DNA of 64,000 nucleotides from an uncultured delta proteobacterium (GTDB lineage Bacteria; Myxococcota; Myxococcia; Myxococcales; Myxococcaceae). The position numbers and the translations under genes are program-made. The notes beneath the pieces were generated by a model. It did not search any database. It had not been told where the DNA came from and was given only the letters and a program-made list of their open reading frames with translations. How positions within the stretch are numbered: the stretch's first letter is position 1; the number at the start of each line of letters is the position of its first letter. Location of the stretch: contig CAVYSY010000024.1 of assembly GCA_963771175.1 (NCBI GenBank), positions 64,001 to 128,000 of the forward strand, in the 5' to 3' direction. Below, piece by piece: positions 1 to 9,760 of this stretch.

Positions 1-785
1 GCGGTGACATAGTTGTCACCCAGCGCCACCACGCGCAGGGCACCGACGAAATCGGTGAGGAAGCCCACCGACTTGCCCGTCACCGGGTGCTTCACTTCCT
101 TCACGGTGTGGAACACCACGTACCGGTCCCCGAGCTTCGCGTCCGCCTTGCGCTTGAAGCGCAGGTAGACGGTGTCCGGGGTGGACAGCATCTCCGCGCC
201 GGTGGAGGCGCCCTCGATCCGCCCCGCCTCGTCCAGCTCTCGGCTGGTGACGAAGGCCTGCCTCATCACCGGACGCGAGGCCTTGGGCTCGTAGCCGATC
301 TTGCCCGTGAGCTGCACCAGCGACTCGCCGTCGGAGTCCAGCTCGGTGGCCGCGGTGACATCGCCCTCGGTCACCATCTCCGCGGGGCCCACGCCCGCCT
401 CCACCCGCGAGGGAACCTCCTCGCCTCCGGGGAAGAAGCGCACGTTGTTGCCCGGGTAGATCCAGTGCGGGTTGGCGATCTCCGGGTTGTAGGACCAGAC
501 CTTGGGCCAGTACCAGGGGCTACCCAGGTACTTCTGCGAGAGATCCCACAGCGTGTCGCCCTTCTCCACGGTGTGGACCTCGCCAGGAGCGGACTCACGA
601 CCGCCCTGGCCCGGGGGAATGGTGACCTTGTCGGGACGGCCGGGCTGCGGCTCGTCGACGACCTCGGAGCCCTCAGTCTCGTCACCGGCCTCGGGCGCCT
701 CCTGGTCGTCCGCGTTCTGGGCCCACACCGCGGGCGGCGCGAGGACGGTGGCGAGAAGGAGTGAGGAGAGGATCCGCGAGCGCAT
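1..785 (-). CDS. tsaP: LysM peptidoglycan-binding protein, probable type IV pilus secretin-associated TsaP (3' end runs off the window)
   Basis: Not in the ORF track; manual minus-strand translation from ATG at 785 gives signal peptide MRSRILSSLLLATVLAPPAVWAQ, then LysM HTVEKGDTLWDLSQKYLGSPWYWPKVWSYNPEIANPHWIYPG. Position about ten genes from aglZ matches my recollection of M. xanthus tsaP. Confidence 0.72.
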   Translation of the reverse strand, partial: MRSRILSSLLLATVLAPPAVWAQNADDQEAPEAGDETEGSEVVDEPQPGRPDKVTIPPGQGGRESAPGEVHTVEKGDTLWDLSQKYLGSPWYWPKVWSYNPEIANPHWIYPGNNVRFFPGGEEVPSRVEAGVGPAEMVTEGDVTAATELDSDGESLVQLTGKIGYEPKASRPVMRQAFVTSRELDEAGRIEGASTGAEMLSTPDTVYLRFKRKADAKLGDRYVVFHTVKEVKHPVTGKSVGFLTDFVGALRVVALGDNYVT

Positions 786-807
786 CGGATGACTTCCTTT
801 CGGACTG

Positions 808-1626
808 CTAGTGCGAGAGGGACGCGAGCCGCTGCTCCGCCTGCGTGGCGGCGGCCGTCCCCGGGAACTGGGTGAGAATGCGGGTATAGAGCGCCCGCGC
901 ATCGTCTTTCTGGTTGAGCCGCAGCCGGCACTCGGCCAGCCGGAGCATGCCATCCAGCACGGCATCTCCGGCCGGGTAGCTCTCGATGAGGCGCTCGAAG
1001 GACTTCGCCGCGGCGGCGTGGTCCTTCAGCCCCATCTGCCCGAGCCCGCCGAAATAGAGGGCATTGTCCGCGCGGGGGTGACGGGGGTTGTCCTCGGCGA
1101 AGCGCAACAGGCGCGCCACCCCACCCTCCACGTTGCCGGTGCGCAGCGCCGCCACCGCCTGGTCGAACTCGGCGTCCAACACGGTGGTGTCGAGCTGCTC
1201 CTTCGGCTCGGCGTCGTCCGAGGCACTGGCGCCGCCGCCCTCGGGCGCGGGGCTGATGAACATCTCCATGTCATCGGGCGCGGGCTCGACGACGGCGACC
1301 CGGGTGGGCAGAGGGGGCGCGGGCTCGTTGCGCGGCTTGAGCTTCACCACCGTCAGCTCGGGCGTGGCGAAGTCCTTCTCGGGCGCGGGCGCGGCGGCGG
1401 AGGACTCCCGAGCCGGCGCGGCGGCGGCGCGGGCCTGGGTCACGCTGGCATGCAGCTCCAGGCGCTCGAGGCGCTTCTCCAGACGCCCCTGGGTCTCGCG
1501 CATGGCACGCACCTCGGCCTTGAGCTCCACCAGCTCCGACGAGTGGGCGGAGCCCGTCGTGGAACAGGCGGACAGCGCGCAGAGGGGCGCGATGGCAAGC
1601 AGTCTGCGGATGATACGGCGCTCCAA
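808..1626 (-). CDS. CpoB/YbgF-like TPR lipoprotein
   Basis: Lipobox ALSAC, short coiled coil, C-terminal TPRs (NPRHPRADNALYFGG; YPAGDAVLDGMLRLA; FPGTAAATQA). Confidence 0.8.
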   Translation of the reverse strand: MERRIIRRLLAIAPLCALSACSTTGSAHSSELVELKAEVRAMRETQGRLEKRLERLELHASVTQARAAAAPARESSAAAPAPEKDFATPELTVVKLKPRNEPAPPLPTRVAVVEPAPDDMEMFISPAPEGGGASASDDAEPKEQLDTTVLDAEFDQAVAALRTGNVEGGVARLLRFAEDNPRHPRADNALYFGGLGQMGLKDHAAAAKSFERLIESYPAGDAVLDGMLRLAECRLRLNQKDDARALYTRILTQFPGTAAATQAEQRLASLSH

Positions 1627-1699
1627 CAGGGCCTCGGGGGTTCCCTATGAGGATAGGAAGGGCTGTCGGAGACCGTCAAGAAATCGGCCCGGACGCCGA

Positions 1700-2470
1700 T
1701 CAGAACCGGTGCACCACGAAGTTGAGGTGACGGCCCGTGAGTCCCGCGTCACGCCGGTGGGAGAAGAATCGGCCCCCATCGCACGCCGTGCAGTCGGGGA
1801 GCACGTCCACGTGGGCCGCCTTCAGCCCCGCGCCCAGCAGCGTGTCACGCACTGCCCGTGAGAGGTCCAGCTTCACCTCCCCGCCCTCGCGGGCCACCAC
1901 CTCCGACCCGAAGCCGCGGGTGAAGCGCTCGCCCAGGTCCTCGGAGACGACGTAGCAGCAGCGCTGGATGCAGGGGCCCACCGCCGCCAGCAGCCGCTCG
2001 GGCCGGGCGCCCCGGGCCGCCAGCGACTCCACCGCCCGCGCCACGATGCGCGCATCCGTGCCCCGCCACCCCGAGTGGACCGCCGCCACCCGCCTACCTT
2101 CCGGGTCCACCAGCAGTACGGGTACGCAGTCCGCCGTCCCCACCGCCACCCAGTGCTCCGGCCGCTCCGTCCACAGCGCGTCCGCCTCGCCCGCCTGTGG
2201 CCGCAGCCCCCCCGTCCCCTCACCTGCCCCCACCTCTACCACCCGGTCCCCATGCACCTGCTTCACCGTGTGCAGCGCATCGAGCGCCGAGCCCACCGCC
2301 CCGGCCAGCCGGCGATGGTTCTCTTCCACCCGCTCTCGCAGGTCACCCACCGCGAAGCCCAGATTGAGCGAGGCATAAGGCCCCTCCGACACCCCTCCGG
2401 CGCGCGTGGCGAAGCCGTGAGGGACGGGGAGCAGAGAGGAGAGCACGAAGGACGGGAGCTGGGGGGGCAT
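1700..2470 (-). CDS. pgeF: Peptidoglycan editing factor PgeF/YfiH
   Basis: HGFATRAGGVS, SLNLG, QVHG, TADCVPVLL, AAVHSGWRG, FFSHRRD motifs; start taken at MPPQLPS (2470), not the 481-aa extension. Confidence 0.9.
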   Translation of the reverse strand: MPPQLPSFVLSSLLPVPHGFATRAGGVSEGPYASLNLGFAVGDLRERVEENHRRLAGAVGSALDALHTVKQVHGDRVVEVGAGEGTGGLRPQAGEADALWTERPEHWVAVGTADCVPVLLVDPEGRRVAAVHSGWRGTDARIVARAVESLAARGARPERLLAAVGPCIQRCCYVVSEDLGERFTRGFGSEVVAREGGEVKLDLSRAVRDTLLGAGLKAAHVDVLPDCTACDGGRFFSHRRDAGLTGRHLNFVVHRF

Positions 2471-2587
2471 GGGCGTCTCCAGAACGGGACAGGCTACGCG
2501 GCGCGTCAGGCAACTTCTACGTCTTCGGCACCGAATATTTTCTAACGGAGTCCGTTTGACAGCGTGCGTCAGCCGATCTGACAATTC

Positions 2588-4555
2588 ATGAACTACAAGG
2601 GGCATGACGGCATCGGGCCGACGGCCCTTGCCTCCAACGACATGGCATCGGGTCTCGACACCGTAGGCAGGAAGCTCCTGTGGAGCGTCGCCCTGCCCGG
2701 GCTGCTCGCGGCCCTGTTCGGGGTGGGCTACTTCTGGCGTGAGGCGCGACTGGCGGCGCGGGATGCCACTCACGACGAGTCGCTGGTGCTCGCCGAGTTC
2801 GTCGGCTCCACCTTCCGGTTGCCGGCTCCCGAGGGCACGCCAGCCCACTCCCCCGTCACCGAGCTGCTGAGCTCGGACGCCCGGCTCCTGCGCTCCGCGG
2901 GGGAGTTGCACGTGCTGTCGCCGGACGGCCGCATCCGCTGGTCCCTCAAGCCCGAAGAGGTAGGCACGCGCCACCCCGAGGCCGAGCGCATCGTGGCGCC
3001 CGGCCCCCAGACGACCCACTCGGATCCGCGCCAGACGGAGGTCATCCGCCCGCTCGGCGAGAAGGCCTGCGAGGGCTGCCACGCGGGCGCCGAGTCGACG
3101 CGCCTGGGGGTGCTGCACCTGCGCATGGCCGAGCCGGAGGTGCACCGCGAGCTCACCGCGGTGCTCGGCGTCGCGCTGGCCACGGTGCTGGTTCTAGGCA
3201 CCATCCTGATGTTCGCCACGGGGCTGTCGCTGCACCTGTTCCTCGCGCGTCCCCTGAACCGGCTGGCGTCCGCCATGCGCCGCGCCGAGGAGGGAGACTT
3301 CCTGGTGCGCGCCGAGGTGCGCGGCACGGATGAGATCTCCCGGCTCGCCGCGGCCTTCAACGCCATGCTGGCGCGCATCACCTCCATGAAGGCCGAGGAG
3401 ATCGACACCCACCGGGATCTCCAGGTGACGAAGTGGAAGCTGTCCCTCAAGGAGGAGCTGGAGGAGCGCATCGCCGAGCTGGCGCTGCTCTTCGACGTGG
3501 CGCGCTCGGTCAACTCCACCATCGAGCTGTCGGAGCTGCTCGCGCGCATCACCGAGCTGCTGCCCGAGCGGCTCCACATCCCGGACTTCACCATCCTGCT
3601 CGTCAACACGGACGGGCTGCTGGAGGTGAAGAGCACCTTCCCGGCGAACCCGAAGCTGGAGGGAATCACCTTCCAGTTCGGCGAGGGCGCCAGCGGGCGA
3701 GCGGCGGAGCTACACCGGGTGGTGTACGTGCCGGACATCACCGACCCCTCGAGCATCTTCGCCCGGCACCGGCTGCTGCCGGGGCACGACAGCGGCGCGC
3801 TGCTGTGCATCCCCATGGTGCACATGGAGTCGGTGCTGGGGGTGCTCACCTTCCGGCGCCCGGAGGTGGCCAGCTTCGCCCCCGAGGAGCTGGAGCTGCT
3901 CGCCGCGGTGGCCGACCAGGCCGCCACGGCGGTGAAGAACGCCATGCTCCACGCCGAGGCGGTGAAGCTCACCATGACGGACCCGCTCACCGGGGTGCCC
4001 AACCGCCGTCACCTCTTCGCGAGGCTGGAGCTGGAAGTGGCGCGCGCGCAGCGCTTCGGCACGCCACTGTCCATCCTCATGGTGGACATCGACCACTTCA
4101 AGAAGCTCAACGACGCCGCGGGCCACCGCGCCGGTGACGAGGCGCTGCGCAAGGTGTGCGACGTGCTCAGCGCCCGCGTGCGCAAGGTGGACACGCTCGC
4201 GCGCTACGGCGGCGAGGAGTTCATGCTGGTGCTGTCCAACGTGTCCAAGGCCGATGCCTACGAGGTGGCCGAGAAGCTGCGGCGCGCCGTGGTGGAGGCT
4301 CCCCAGCTCGCCGCCCCCACCCAGCCCGGTGGCCACATCACCGTCTCCATCGGCGTGGCCACCATCCCCAACGACGCCACCACCCAGGACAACCTGGTGG
4401 ACTGCGCCGACTCCGCCCTCTACGCCAGCAAGCGCGCCGGGCGGAACAGCGTCACCGCCTACGCGCCCGGCATGGAGCAGCACCCGGGACGCGAGCGCGG
4501 ACTCTCGCGTCCCACGGATCCCTCCGCCCCGACTCCCAGCGTGGCCAAGGCCTGA
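2588..4555 (+). CDS. Membrane diguanylate cyclase: TM, periplasmic CxxCH, TM, HAMP, GAF, GGDEF
   Basis: TDPLTGVPNRR, MVDIDHFKKLND, RKVD I-site, RYGGEEF; HAMP DEISRLAAAFNAM; KACEGCH between the two TM segments. Confidence 0.9.
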   Translation: MNYKGHDGIGPTALASNDMASGLDTVGRKLLWSVALPGLLAALFGVGYFWREARLAARDATHDESLVLAEFVGSTFRLPAPEGTPAHSPVTELLSSDARLLRSAGELHVLSPDGRIRWSLKPEEVGTRHPEAERIVAPGPQTTHSDPRQTEVIRPLGEKACEGCHAGAESTRLGVLHLRMAEPEVHRELTAVLGVALATVLVLGTILMFATGLSLHLFLARPLNRLASAMRRAEEGDFLVRAEVRGTDEISRLAAAFNAMLARITSMKAEEIDTHRDLQVTKWKLSLKEELEERIAELALLFDVARSVNSTIELSELLARITELLPERLHIPDFTILLVNTDGLLEVKSTFPANPKLEGITFQFGEGASGRAAELHRVVYVPDITDPSSIFARHRLLPGHDSGALLCIPMVHMESVLGVLTFRRPEVASFAPEELELLAAVADQAATAVKNAMLHAEAVKLTMTDPLTGVPNRRHLFARLELEVARAQRFGTPLSILMVDIDHFKKLNDAAGHRAGDEALRKVCDVLSARVRKVDTLARYGGEEFMLVLSNVSKADAYEVAEKLRRAVVEAPQLAAPTQPGGHITVSIGVATIPNDATTQDNLVDCADSALYASKRAGRNSVTAYAPGMEQHPGRERGLSRPTDPSAPTPSVAKA

Positions 4556-4585
4556 GTCACCCCAGGGCCCCGGCCACCGGGTCGC

Positions 4586-6040
4586 TCACGGGATGCGCAG
4601 GGCTCGCAGGAAGCGCCCGCTGCGTGGCACCTCCACGCGCAACAGCAACGTGCTGCCCGCCTGCGCCTTGCGGATGAGCTTCGCCAGCTCCTCCGCGCTG
4701 CGCACCGGCTTGCGATCCACCTCCACCACGACCATGCCCGGCTCCAGCTCCGCGCGCTCCGCCGGCGAGCCCGGCAGCACGTCCGTCACCAGCGCGCCCT
4801 GAGCGGACTGCAGCCCCGCGCGCTCGCTCATCCGCGGGTCCACGTTGCTCAGCGACACGCCCACGCGCGCCTTGGAGGACTGCTCGGGCTCGTTGCTCCG
4901 CTTCTGGCGCAGGCCCAGTCCCTCCAGGTCCGGACGCGTCCCGAGCTGCACCTTCAGCTCCTGCCGCTTGCCCTCGCGGAAGAGCTCCAACGTCGAGGTG
5001 CTCCCCGGCTTCTTCAACGCCACCGTGCGGGTGAGCTCGCCATCCGAGCCCACCTTCTGCCCGTCGATGGCCACGATGACGTCATCCGTCTTCAGGCCAG
5101 CCTTCGACGCCGGGGAGTTCTCGTTCACCGAGGACACGATGGCTCCGCTCGCCACCGGCAGCGCCAGCGCCTTGGCCAGGTCCTTCGTCAGATCCTGGAT
5201 ACCGATGCCCAGCCACGCCCGGGTGACGGCGCCATCCTTCTCCAGTTGCGGCACGAGCGCCTTCACCAGGTTGCTCGGCACCGCGAAGCCGATGCCCGTG
5301 CCCCCGCCCACGATGGCGGTGTTGATGCCCACCACCTCGCCCTTCATGTTGAAGAGCGGACCGCCCGAGTTGCCTGGGTTGATGGCGGCATCCGTCTGGA
5401 GGAAGTCGTCGTAGGGGCCCGAGTGGATGTCCCGGGCGCGCGCCGAGATGATGCCGCTGCTCACGCTGGAGGCCAGCCCGAACGGGTTGCCAATGGCCAG
5501 CACCCAGTCACCCACGCGCAGCGCGTTCGAGTCTCCCAGCTTCACCGTGGGCAGGGACTCCACCTTGCCCTTGAGCCGGAGGAGGGCCACGTCGGTGAGC
5601 GGATCCCTCCCGAGGATCTCCGCGTCGAAGCTGCGCCCGTCATCCATGCGGACGCGGATGGACATCGCGCCCTCGATGACGTGGTTGTTGGTCAACACCA
5701 GCCCCTTGGAATCGATGATGAAGCCCGAGCCCGAGCCCTGGCGGATGGGCTCGCGCCGCTGCTGGCCCCGGCCTCCGCCGCCGAAGAAGCGGTCCACGAA
5801 GGGGTTCTCCCCCTGCCCCATCTCGGACGTGGAGGCCTTGGCCTGCACATCCACGTTGACGACGGCGCCCTTCACCGATTCCACCAGCGGGGCGAGCGAA
5901 GGCAGGGCCTGCGATTCCCGGGTGGCCGGCTGGAGGGGGGTGTTCTCGGTGGCCGCCGTCTGGGCGGTCGCCAGCATGGGCAACGACAGAAGGAGAGCGC
6001 CAGCGAGGGCGCTCCGCGGAGGGGTCAGTCGCTTGATCAT
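4586..6040 (-). CDS. DegP/DegQ (HtrA) serine protease with two PDZ domains
   Basis: GSGFII, TNNHV, TDVALL, QTDAAINPGNSGGPL; signal peptide from MIKRLTP. Confidence 0.92.
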   Translation of the reverse strand: MIKRLTPPRSALAGALLLSLPMLATAQTAATENTPLQPATRESQALPSLAPLVESVKGAVVNVDVQAKASTSEMGQGENPFVDRFFGGGGRGQQRREPIRQGSGSGFIIDSKGLVLTNNHVIEGAMSIRVRMDDGRSFDAEILGRDPLTDVALLRLKGKVESLPTVKLGDSNALRVGDWVLAIGNPFGLASSVSSGIISARARDIHSGPYDDFLQTDAAINPGNSGGPLFNMKGEVVGINTAIVGGGTGIGFAVPSNLVKALVPQLEKDGAVTRAWLGIGIQDLTKDLAKALALPVASGAIVSSVNENSPASKAGLKTDDVIVAIDGQKVGSDGELTRTVALKKPGSTSTLELFREGKRQELKVQLGTRPDLEGLGLRQKRSNEPEQSSKARVGVSLSNVDPRMSERAGLQSAQGALVTDVLPGSPAERAELEPGMVVVEVDRKPVRSAEELAKLIRKAQAGSTLLLRVEVPRSGRFLRALRIP

Positions 6041-6160
6041 GATGTCTCCCCAGATAAGACGGAAACACTGACAGGCAAGGCGTACCCGCCCCGCCTGCAC
6101 GGCTGGGAAACACTGGAGCCGCCCGACTCTTCCCGAGAAGGATGGGGGGAGTTGTGGGTG

Positions 6161-8158
6161 CTACGCGCCCAGCAGCAGGGCGAGCGCCCCGGACTGGCCC
6201 GATTCGAGGGCGAAGAGGAGCCGCTCACGCAGCACCTTCAGCTCCTCGTAGCCCATCTCCACCGCGCGCCCGTGGGCGACCGGGTCGCGCAGGCGCTCCT
6301 TGGCCTGGGTGACGAAGTCGGCCAGCACGTCGAGCAGGCGCCCCGGTAGCGGGTAACGTTCACCCAAGAACGCTTGGAAGGCGCGCAGGTAGGGCTCCTC
6401 GCGTCGCTGGAGGACGCGCGCCACCTCGCCCAGGGACGGAGCACGGCCGGGCCGCTCCGGGTCGAAGGCCGCGGCGAAGTTGTCGAAGTACTCCACCTTC
6501 CGGCCGCGCTTCTCGCGCGTGGCGGCCTGGAGGAAGTCCTTGAGCTGCCCCTGGGCCACGAGCCACTCGCGGAAGCGCTCCACGAAGAGGATGTTCAGCG
6601 CGCGCTCCAGGGCTCCCGCGTACAGCACCGCCACCGCCGCCGCGGGCAGCTCCGTGTAGAGGGCCTTCTGGTACGTCCGCTCCGCCACCATCACCGCCTG
6701 CAGCAGCGGCGGCGGGCACGAGGCCAGCGTCATCCCCAGCCCCCGCTCCACGTTCTCGCGCGCCTTGGCGTCGATCTCCGCCTCGCGCTGCTCCAATTCC
6801 TCGCGCGTGCGCCGGGCCTGCTCCGCGCGAGCATCGGCCTGCGCCGCCCGCGCCTCCTCCTCCGCCCGACGCGCCTTCTCCTCGGACTGGGCCTGGGCCG
6901 CCCGGAGCGACTCCAGCTCGCGGCGCAGCGCCTCCACCTCGCTCTCGCGGGCCATGAAGCGCCGACGCAAGGCCTCGGACTCGGCCTTGGCCGCCTCCAC
7001 CTGCGCCTCCACGTTGGCCTGCAACTGCGTGCGCCACGCCTCCCGCCGCCGCGTCAGCTCCAGGCCCCGCTTCGCCTCGGGGTCCTCCGCGTCGATCTCG
7101 AGCGCTTCCTGGAAGGACTGCTCCGCGAGCTCGAAGTTGCCCTCCTCCGCCGCCAGGTGCCCCACGTCCACCAGCATCTGGACCCCCAGCCGCCCGTGCG
7201 CCTCCGGGTGCTGCGCGGCCCGAGACAATGCCTGGCGCGCCTCCTCACGCCTCCCCAGCAACCGCAGCGCACGAACCCGGGTGGCCTCCAGCTCGAAGCC
7301 GAAGCCCTTGTAGTTCTCGCCGGGCGCCTCGCTCGCGGCCTCCAGGTGCGCCAGCGCGTCCTCCGGTCGGTTGCGGAGGTTGGCGATCTGCGCGAAGAGG
7401 AGCCGATCCTCCGCCGTGGGCCCGGTGCTCAGCCGCTCGGTGATGAGCTGATCGCACAGCCCCGGCTCCCCGGCGAGCTGGGCGGCGTAGGCCATGTGCC
7501 CGAGCTGCTCCGGGGCCAGGGCCCCCGTCTCGCGAAGCTCCTTCAATGACGCCAGCGCGGACGCGGACTGGTTCTGGAAGAGGAGGCAATCGGCCAGCAG
7601 GGCCTTCGCCTCCCACCGCGTCTGCGCGGACGCGTCGCTGTCGAGGAGGCTCCGGCACATGTTGGCCGCTTCCTCGTAGCGACCCAGCCGGGCGCGGGCG
7701 CGGGCCAACATCACCTTCGCCTCGGGTCCACCGCCCGCCGCCACCGCCCGCGAGAGGGCGCGCTCGGCGGCGGTGTAGCGATCCAGCCGCACCAGGGCGT
7801 AGCCGTACTGCACGAGCACCAGCGGCGGCAGCCCCTTCAGGTCGAGATGGCCCATCAGCTCCACCGCTTCCTCGAAGCGGTCCTGGCGGATGAGCACCAG
7901 CCCGATGCGGGCCATCAGGTCGCGGTTGCCGGGGAAGCGCGCCAGGCCTTCCCGGTAGGCGGAGGCCGCCGTGTCGTACTCGCCCCGGCCCAGGTGGACG
8001 TCACCCAGCGACATGGCCACATCCGGCCGACCCAGGCTGTCATGGGCCACCAGGTCGCGGAGGATCTTCTCGGCCTCGCTGAACTCCTCGCGGGCCAGCA
8101 GGGTGCGGGCCCGTTCGTAGAGCTTGAAGGCTTTGTGCTTGGGCAGCGTGGGACTCAC
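6161..8158 (-). CDS. Tetratricopeptide repeat protein with coiled coil and unknown C-terminal domain
   Basis: Multiple TPR-like repeats, E/R-rich coiled coil; abuts the GH57 stop codon. Confidence 0.75.
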   Translation of the reverse strand: MSPTLPKHKAFKLYERARTLLAREEFSEAEKILRDLVAHDSLGRPDVAMSLGDVHLGRGEYDTAASAYREGLARFPGNRDLMARIGLVLIRQDRFEEAVELMGHLDLKGLPPLVLVQYGYALVRLDRYTAAERALSRAVAAGGGPEAKVMLARARARLGRYEEAANMCRSLLDSDASAQTRWEAKALLADCLLFQNQSASALASLKELRETGALAPEQLGHMAYAAQLAGEPGLCDQLITERLSTGPTAEDRLLFAQIANLRNRPEDALAHLEAASEAPGENYKGFGFELEATRVRALRLLGRREEARQALSRAAQHPEAHGRLGVQMLVDVGHLAAEEGNFELAEQSFQEALEIDAEDPEAKRGLELTRRREAWRTQLQANVEAQVEAAKAESEALRRRFMARESEVEALRRELESLRAAQAQSEEKARRAEEEARAAQADARAEQARRTREELEQREAEIDAKARENVERGLGMTLASCPPPLLQAVMVAERTYQKALYTELPAAAVAVLYAGALERALNILFVERFREWLVAQGQLKDFLQAATREKRGRKVEYFDNFAAAFDPERPGRAPSLGEVARVLQRREEPYLRAFQAFLGERYPLPGRLLDVLADFVTQAKERLRDPVAHGRAVEMGYEELKVLRERLLFALESGQSGALALLLGA

Positions 8159-9748
8159 TCAACCCGGACGGTAAACCCGATAGTCGATCTCGGGGAAGAT
8201 GTTGTTCTTGCTCTCGATGTGGGACAGCCAGCCCTCATCGATATTCCCGCCCCGGAGCTCCTCGTGCAGGCGCTGGAAGCGCAGCAGGTGCTCCTGGGTC
8301 CGGCGCACGGCGTAGTCCACCATGGTTCCGGTCTTCATGATGAACGCCCAGTCCGAGGACTGCGCCAGCAGGAGCTCGCGCGCGGCCTGGTTGAGCGCCC
8401 GCCGATGGAGCGTGGAGGCATCCGGGTAGTCCTTGGCCAGGGCCACCATCTGCCGGGAGCAGTGGTTCAGGTGCCGGTAGATCCAGTCGTTGGAGCCGTC
8501 CAGCCACATGTTGGCGTAGCCGCCCGCGCCCCAGGAGCTCAGGGGCGGAGTGGCCACCTGGTTCTCCGGGTGCTCGGCCAGGTCGTCCGAGGCCGTCACC
8601 AGTTGGAAGGTCTTCTGGTCGAAGGCCGCCTTGCGGATGAGGGCGTCGAGGAACCACGGGCCCTCGAACCACCAGTGGCCGTAGAGCTCGGCGTCGTAGG
8701 GAGCCACCACCACCGGCTTGCGGCCGCCCATCTTCCCCGAGAGCCACTCGAACTGCTTCTCGCGGTTGAAGAGGAAGTTGCCCGCGTGGGTGGCGGCCCG
8801 CTCGCGCGCGACATCCGGATCATAGGGCTGCTTGCCCTGCGTCTTGCCGGTGATCCGGTAGTACTTGAAGCCGGTGTTCTTGCGATCCCCGGTGGGCTGG
8901 ATGAAGGGCCGGATGTAGTCCAGGTCCAGGTCCCAGCCGATGTCCCGGTAGAACTCGCGGTAGACGGGGTCGCCGGGGTAGCCGAACTCGGAGCTCCACA
9001 CCTGCTGGCTGCTCTCGGGATCTCTCGCGTACGCGGCCACGCCCGCCTCCGTGTAGACGGGAGCGAAGGGCCCGTGCAGCGGCCGGGGCGTGGCATCCGT
9101 GAGGCCGTGGGTGTCCACGAAGAAGTAGCGGATGCGCTCGGCCGCGAGGAACTTCTCCACCCCGGGGTAGTAGCCGCACTCGGCCAGCCAGATGCCCGGC
9201 GCGTCCCGGCCGAAGGTGAGCCGGTAGTGGCTGGCGGCCACGGAGATCTGCGCGCGCACCGCCTCGGGCGTCTGCTGCATCAGCGGCAGGAAGCCGTGGG
9301 TGGCGTTGCAGGTGAGGATCTCCAGGTGCCCCTCGTCCTGGAGCCGGCGGAAGGCGCCCACCAGGTCGCGCTTGTAGCGCTCGCGGAAGGCGCCGCGCAG
9401 GGACTCGAAGTGGTCCCGGTAGAAGTGCGCCAGCCGACTGAAGACCGGCTCATTCCGGGTGCGATGGACCTCGCGTGCCCCCAGCTCGCAGAGCTGATCC
9501 AGCCTTTGCGCGTAGCGGCCCATGAGCAGCTCGTCGCGCAGCATGGTGACGAGCGTGGGGGTGAGCGTCATCGTCACCCGGAAGGGGACCTTCTCCTCGG
9601 CCAGCCGGTCGAAGACGAGCAGCAGGGGAAGGTACGTCTCGGAGATGGCCTCGTAGAGCCAGTCCTCCTCGAGGAAGTCCGGGTACTCGGGATGACGGAC
9701 GAACGGCAGGTGGGCGTGCAGAACGATGGCGAGCGATCCGATGCTCAT
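8159..9748 (-). CDS. GH57 family 1,4-alpha-glucan branching enzyme (DUF1957)
   Basis: LHAHLPFVRHP, WLYEAISETYLP, THGFLPL, GIWLAECGY, PYDAELYGHWWFEG, RELLLAQSSDWAF. Confidence 0.92.
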   Translation of the reverse strand: MSIGSLAIVLHAHLPFVRHPEYPDFLEEDWLYEAISETYLPLLLVFDRLAEEKVPFRVTMTLTPTLVTMLRDELLMGRYAQRLDQLCELGAREVHRTRNEPVFSRLAHFYRDHFESLRGAFRERYKRDLVGAFRRLQDEGHLEILTCNATHGFLPLMQQTPEAVRAQISVAASHYRLTFGRDAPGIWLAECGYYPGVEKFLAAERIRYFFVDTHGLTDATPRPLHGPFAPVYTEAGVAAYARDPESSQQVWSSEFGYPGDPVYREFYRDIGWDLDLDYIRPFIQPTGDRKNTGFKYYRITGKTQGKQPYDPDVARERAATHAGNFLFNREKQFEWLSGKMGGRKPVVVAPYDAELYGHWWFEGPWFLDALIRKAAFDQKTFQLVTASDDLAEHPENQVATPPLSSWGAGGYANMWLDGSNDWIYRHLNHCSRQMVALAKDYPDASTLHRRALNQAARELLLAQSSDWAFIMKTGTMVDYAVRRTQEHLLRFQRLHEELRGGNIDEGWLSHIESKNNIFPEIDYRVYRPG

Positions 9749-9760
9749 GTCATCCCCCTC

